From: an uncultured Chloroflexia bacterium
Lineage (GTDB): Bacteria; Chloroflexota; Limnocylindria; Limnocylindrales; CSP1-4
DNA length: 64,000 nt
Reading direction: 5' to 3'
Assembly (NCBI GenBank): GCA_963746845.1
Contig: CAVVCZ010000006.1
Coordinates: forward strand, 160,001-224,000
Shown here: positions 59,118 through 64,000 of the stretch, one piece after another
Layout of the letters: each line of letters opens with the position of its first letter
Position numbering within the stretch: the stretch's first letter is position 1
The notes under the pieces: generated by a model
What the model was told of the DNA's origin: nothing
Database searches by the model: none
What the model saw: the letters and a program-made list of their open reading frames with translations, nothing else
Program-made: the position numbers and the translations under genes

Positions 59118-60754
59118 CAGGCCGCTCGCCGGCCCATCGACCGGAGCACCTCGAGCGCCGCGATCCGGCCGTTCGCGCCCATGATCCCGCCGCCCGGATG
59201 GGTCGAGGAGCCGCACAGCCAGAGGTCGCGGACGGGCGTTCGGAAGCGGGCGTACCCGGGCGTCGGCCGGTTGAAGAACAGCTGCTCGAGGGTCAGCTCG
59301 CCCTGGAAGATGTTGCCCTCGGTCAGCCCGGTCGTCCGTTCGATGTCGAGCGGCGTCTGGACGTTCCGGAACAGGATCGTGTCCGTGATGTTCGGCGCGA
59401 ACTCGGCGATCCGGTTGACGACCGCGTCGCCGAACGCCTCGCGCTGGTCGTCCCACGTCCCGAGCTCCGGCACGAGGTGGTACGGCGCGTACTGGACGAA
59501 GCAGCTGATGACGTGCTTGCCGGGCGGGGCCATCGTCGGGTCGACGAGGGTCGGGATGATCATGTCGATGTACGGCTTCGCGCTGAACCGACCGTACTTC
59601 GCGTCGTCGTAGGCCTGCTCCATCTCGTCGACGGACGGGCTGAAGGAGATCGCGCCGCGGAGGTGCTCGCCGGTTCCCGGGAGGCACGAGAAGTCGGGCA
59701 GCCGGTCGACCGCGAGGTTGACCTTGCCGGACGACCCGCGGAACTTGAACCGGCGAACCTCCTCCTCGAACTCCGCGTCCAGCGTGCCCGGCTCGAGGAA
59801 CGACAGGTACGTCCGCCGCGCGTCGACCGAGGAGAGGATCACGTCGGCGCGGATCTCCTCGCCCGTGCCGGCCAGGACGACACCCGTCGCCTTGCCCCCG
59901 CCGCGGCCGCGGTCGACCAGCACCCGCTCGACGGTCGCCTCCGTCCGGATCTCCGCACCGAGCGCCCGCGCCGCGTCGCCGATCGCGTTCGACACGCCGC
60001 CGGTCCCGCCCTTCGGGATCCCCCACGCGCGGAACGCCCCGTCGATCTCGCCCATGTAGTGATGGAGCAGCACGTAGGCCGTGCCGGGCGAGCGGACCCC
60101 GAGATACGTCCCGATGATCCCCGACGCGCTCATCGTCGCCTTCAGCGGGTCCGTCTCGAACCACTGGTCGAGGAAGTCCGCCGCACTCATCGTCATCAGC
60201 TGAACGAACACCGCCTGCTGTCGCTCCGGCAGCTGCTGGAAGGTCCGGAGCAGCCCGCCGAGCGGGAGGAGCGGGCGCGGGTCAAGGGACGTCAGGTCCG
60301 GCGGAGTGATGGCCAGGATCGGCTTGATGAACCGGGCCATCTCGACCATCAGCTGGCCGTATTCCTCGTACGCCTCCGCGTCCGTCGCGGACCAGCGCCG
60401 GAGCTCGCGGATCGTCCGACCGTGGTCGTTGACCCGCCACAGGTAGTCGCCGCCGCCCTTCGCCGGGCCATCACCGCGGCGCAGTGGGGTGAATGTGCCG
60501 TCGAGCGGGAGGATGTCGAGGCCGTGCCGCGGCAGCTCGAGGTCCCGGATGATCTCGGGCCGGAGGAGCGACACGACGTAGCTGAAGACGCTGAACCGGA
60601 AGCCCGGGAACAGCTCCTCCGTGACCGCGGCGCCGCCGAGCACGTGGCGCTGCTCGAGCACAAGCGTCTTCAGCCCGGCCCGGGCCAGGTACGCGGCGCT
60701 GACGAGGCCGTTGTGCCCGCCGCCGATGATCACCGCGTCGTAGCGCTGGGCCAC
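59117..60754 (-). CDS. Phytoene desaturase-family FAD oxidoreductase (PYROXD2-like, first of pair)
   Basis: AAGGAG SD; IGGGHNGL; GGAAVTEE..PGFRFS; YVLLHH; GNIFQG; HPGGG. Confidence 0.9.
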   Translation of the reverse strand: MAQRYDAVIIGGGHNGLVSAAYLARAGLKTLVLEQRHVLGGAAVTEELFPGFRFSVFSYVVSLLRPEIIRDLELPRHGLDILPLDGTFTPLRRGDGPAKGGGDYLWRVNDHGRTIRELRRWSATDAEAYEEYGQLMVEMARFIKPILAITPPDLTSLDPRPLLPLGGLLRTFQQLPERQQAVFVQLMTMSAADFLDQWFETDPLKATMSASGIIGTYLGVRSPGTAYVLLHHYMGEIDGAFRAWGIPKGGTGGVSNAIGDAARALGAEIRTEATVERVLVDRGRGGGKATGVVLAGTGEEIRADVILSSVDARRTYLSFLEPGTLDAEFEEEVRRFKFRGSSGKVNLAVDRLPDFSCLPGTGEHLRGAISFSPSVDEMEQAYDDAKYGRFSAKPYIDMIIPTLVDPTMAPPGKHVISCFVQYAPYHLVPELGTWDDQREAFGDAVVNRIAEFAPNITDTILFRNVQTPLDIERTTGLTEGNIFQGELTLEQLFFNRPTPGYARFRTPVRDLWLCGSSTHPGGGIMGANGRIAALEVLRSMGRRAA

Positions 60755-61049
60755 TCTGTTCTCCTTGGTCGGACGCCACTGTAGCGGACCGCAGGTCGGG
60801 CTCGGGGCCGACCGATTCCCCGACTTCTCACCCTGTGAACACGCCGAGGACCGTCGCGGGCCACGGGCGCGGATTTCGTGCGTGGACGGCCGCGGATCGA
60901 CGCTTTGGATCCGCCAGATGACGCGTGAAGGGAGAATCCGGCGACGATTCCTTGGGGGGTGATCTTCCGGTGAGAATCCGGTGGTCCGCCAGGTCGGACC
61001 CGTCGGTGCAGGAGGACACGCACCCATCTCTGATGAGCACCATGGACAT

Positions 61050-61508
61050 GTGTCAGGACGACCGCGGCATGCGCACTCGCCATGGCGACACGCTCTGGCC
61101 GCGATGACTGTTGTCGCCGCGATCTCGGGAGGTTGCGTGGGCCTGGCGCCCGGCCCGCCCGCAATCGGATCCGTCGGGCCGACGACCTCGCCGGCGGCGC
61201 TTCCTTCAAGCTTGATGGACGCCGCCATGGCTACGCATCTGGCCAGAGAGCACGTCCAGACGACGGCAGTCGCGCAATCGGCGCGCGCCGACTTCTACGC
61301 GGCGCTGATCGGCGGGATCCAGGGTCGGCCCGATCTCGAGGTCAGCCCCGATCGTGCCGTGTGGGCCGTCACCTTCTCCGACACGTTCGCCATCTGCCCA
61401 CCGAATGGCGGTCCCTGCTTCTCTCCGCGGCCGGGCACGGTCACAGTCCTGCTGGACTACGTCTCGGGCGAGTTCATCACTTCGAGTACCTTTGCCCCTG
61501 CGCCCTGA
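61050..61508 (+). CDS. Putative exported protein or lipoprotein
   Basis: Hydrophobic stretch ending ISGGC (lipobox-like); Cys pair CPPNGGPC; start uncertain. Confidence 0.5.
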   Translation: MSGRPRHAHSPWRHALAAMTVVAAISGGCVGLAPGPPAIGSVGPTTSPAALPSSLMDAAMATHLAREHVQTTAVAQSARADFYAALIGGIQGRPDLEVSPDRAVWAVTFSDTFAICPPNGGPCFSPRPGTVTVLLDYVSGEFITSSTFAPAP

Positions 61509-61577
61509 TCGAGCCCACTGCTGCCTCGATCCCCTGGGGTCGCCTGCTTGGGTACGTGTCCCACGTGAGGCCCTGAG

Positions 61578-63024
61578 ATGCCCGACCATCGCACCCTGCT
61601 CCGCCAGACCGCCGATCTCGCCGCCGACTTCCTCGACGGGATCGAACGACGCCCGGTCCGCGAGACGGCAACCCACGACGAGCTGGTCGCGGCGTTCGGC
61701 GGCCCGCTGCCGGTCCGCGGCGAGGCGCCCGGCGAGGTGGTGTCGGACCTCGCCGCGATCGCCGATCCCGGGTTGATCGCGAGCGCCGGGCCGCGCTACT
61801 TCGGGTTCGTCATCGGCGGCTCGCTGCCGTCGGCGCTCGCCGCGGACTGGCTGACGAGCGCCTGGGACAACAATGCCGGGCTGTATGCGATCGGCCCCGC
61901 GGCGTCCGTCGCCGAGGAGGTCGCCGGCGCCTGGCTCGTCGAGCTGTTCGGGCTGCCGGAGGGATCGTCGGTCGGGTTCTCGACGGGCGCGACGATGGCG
62001 TCGTTCACGGGGCTCGCCGCGGGCCGCCATCGCGTCCTCGAACGGACGGGCTGGAACGTGGAGGAGGACGGGCTGACCGGGGCGCCGGACATCGCTGTCG
62101 TCGTCGGCGCGGAGGCGCACGTCACGATCCACGTCTCCCTCCAGATGCTCGGGCTCGGTCGCAACCGCGTGTTCCGGGTCGATGCGGACGGGCAGGGCCG
62201 GATGCGGCCGGACGCCCTGCGAGCGGTCCTCGACGGACTGCACAACCGCCCGGTTCTCGTCTGTGCCCAGTCCGGCAACGTCAACACCGGCGCGTTCGAC
62301 CCGCTGCCGGAGATCGTCGCGGCCGTCCGCGAGCTGCCGAACGCATGGCTCCACGTCGACGGCGCATTCGGGCTGTGGGCCGCCGCGTCGCCGTCGCTCG
62401 CCCATCTCACGGAGGGGCTCGCGGGACGCCGACTCCTGGACGACCGACGCCCACAAGTGGCTGAACGTGCCGTACGACTCGGGCATCTCGATCGTCCGGG
62501 ACGTCGCCGCGCACCACGCGGCGATGACCCTCGGCGCGTCGTACTACGTCGAAACGGCGGGCGCCGAGCGCGACCCGTACAACTGGGTCGCGGAGTCGTC
62601 ACGCCGCGCGCGTGGCTTCCCGATCTACGCGGCGATCCGCGAGCTGGGGCGCGACGGGATCGCGGCGATGGTCGACCGCTGCTGCGCCATCGCCCGGCGG
62701 ATGGCCGACGGGCTGCGCGACGCGCCGGGCGTGACCATCCTCAACGACGTCGTCCTGAACCAGGTGCTCGTCCGGTTCGCGCCACCGTCGACCGACGGGA
62801 CGCCGCCCGATGCGGCGGCGATCGACGCATTCACCCGCGAGGTGATCGCCGCGGTCCAGGCCGATGGGACGTGCTGGCTCGGTGGCACGACCTGGCACGG
62901 CCTGGCGGCGATGCGGATCTCGGTCTCGAACTGGTCGACGACGGAGGCCGACGCCGACATGTCCGTGGCCGCGATCCGGCGCTGTGCCGACGCCGTCGCG
63001 GCGCATCCGGTCGGCGCTGCCTGA
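61578..63024 (+). pseudogene. Group II PLP-dependent amino-acid decarboxylase, frameshifted near 62424
   Basis: First frame: PRYFGFV, GNVNTGAFD, WLHVDGAFG; continues in another frame as DADSWTTDAHKWLNVPYD; one extra G in GGG 62423-62425. Confidence 0.8.
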
Positions 63025-63070
63025 CGCTCGGCGCGGCCCGACCGTCGTCGGGTCCGCCCGTCGACGAGCC

Positions 63071-63322
63071 TCAGACGGCCCGCACCTCGTCGTCGGTCCG
63101 ACGGGCGACGGGCTCCGCAGGGAGCCGCTTCAACCAGCCGGTGACGACCGCGCTCAGTCGGTCGCCGAATGTCGGCGCCGGTGCTTCCGGTGGCAGTGGC
63201 AGTGCATCCGGCCGCCGGAACATCGCCTCGACCTCCTCCTGCCGGCGTCGTTCGAGGTCGCCGGTGATCAGAGTCAGCATCAGCTTCGGGTCCATCGGGT
63301 CGATCCCCCAGGGTGCCGCCAT
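63071..63322 (-). CDS. Small hypothetical protein
   Basis: Short ORF downstream of the Crp gene, plausible composition; start could be 63295. Confidence 0.5.
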   Translation of the reverse strand: MAAPWGIDPMDPKLMLTLITGDLERRRQEEVEAMFRRPDALPLPPEAPAPTFGDRLSAVVTGWLKRLPAEPVARRTDDEVRAV

Positions 63323-63369
63323 CGGGTGACGGCTTCGGGATCAAGGCTGGCGGGCGGCTCGAGGAACGG

Positions 63370-64000
63370 TCAGGAACCTGCGTTCCAATCCGCCGGTGTC
63401 GCGTCGCCGACATCCGCCGCGAGACGGGCCGGGTCGAGGATCGTGATCGAGCGCGAGCCCGTTGCGACGATCCCCTCCTCGCGGAGGCCACGGAGCTCCC
63501 GGACGACGACCTCGCGGACCGTGCCCACCGCGTCGGCAAGCTGCTGCTGGGTGATCCGCGCGACGCGTGCCCGCCCGCGGCCCGGCTCCGTCGCGACGTG
63601 GAGGAGCTGGCGCGCGATCCGCTGCCGGACGGTCGAGAAGGCGCTGCCCGGGATCTCGCCGACGAACGCCACGACGCGCTCGCTGAGCTCGTCGAGGAAG
63701 GCGTTCGCGACCTCGACGTGCTCGCGCGCGAGGCGGCGGACCACCTCCGGCCGGAGTTCCAGCAGCTCGGAGTCCACGAGCGCGTACAGGGACCCGGGCA
63801 TCGTGTACCCCCGGGCGAACAGCGAGGCGGCGCCCAGGAGGTTGCCCGGACGCGCGTAGCGGATCGTGAGGCTGCGACCGTCCGGCGATGACACCTCGAC
63901 GCGGATGAGGCCGCTCAGGACCAGCTCCAGGTGTGAGCCGCCCGCCCCGATCGGCCGGACGAGGCTGCCGGCGGCGTCCGAGCGGACCCGCGAGCCGGCA
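63370..64000 (-). CDS. Crp/Fnr-family transcriptional regulator (5' end outside window)
   Basis: SGLIRV...DGRSLTI..PG..LG; ITQQQLADAVGTVREVV.R.L HTH. Confidence 0.9.
   Translation of the reverse strand, partial: AGSRVRSDAAGSLVRPIGAGGSHLELVLSGLIRVEVSSPDGRSLTIRYARPGNLLGAASLFARGYTMPGSLYALVDSELLELRPEVVRRLAREHVEVANAFLDELSERVVAFVGEIPGSAFSTVRQRIARQLLHVATEPGRGRARVARITQQQLADAVGTVREVVVRELRGLREEGIVATGSRSITILDPARLAADVGDATPADWNAGS

Overview
Very GC-rich bacterial chromosomal segment, densely coding (about 55 genes). No rRNA, tRNA, CRISPR array, integrase or transposase is recognisable. Gene content and style suggest a Chloroflexota genome, possibly Limnocylindria-like (inference only). Housekeeping content: thyX, purine-nucleoside phosphorylase, moaA, acs, polX-PHP, trpS, surE, hom-thrC-thrB, aspartate kinase, and a long minus-strand birA-acc-fab cluster. 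Signalling content: a cyclase-STAND-TPR protein, two diguanylate cyclases, a REC-ParA/CpaE ATPase, IclR and Crp regulators. Main oddities: (1) the acc operon has a second BCCP paralog whose biotinylation lysine is replaced by Gly, like plant BADC regulators, plus an embedded ECF sigma/anti-sigma pair and a metallophosphoesterase; (2) an XRE-HTH + PD-(D/E)XK nuclease gene is bracketed by two ~150-bp degenerate direct repeats with internal palindromes, a candidate undescribed mobile or selfish element; (3) a catalytically degenerate DNA-methyltransferase scaffold is fused to a nuclease-like domain, next to a TPR-HIRAN-like acidic-tail protein; (4) an 11-bp-phased DnaA-box-like array and a long structured leader precede the nucleoside phosphorylase gene; (5) many genes appear leaderless; (6) a PLP decarboxylase is frameshifted. 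Start codons were chosen by eye, and family calls come from motif recognition, not database searches.
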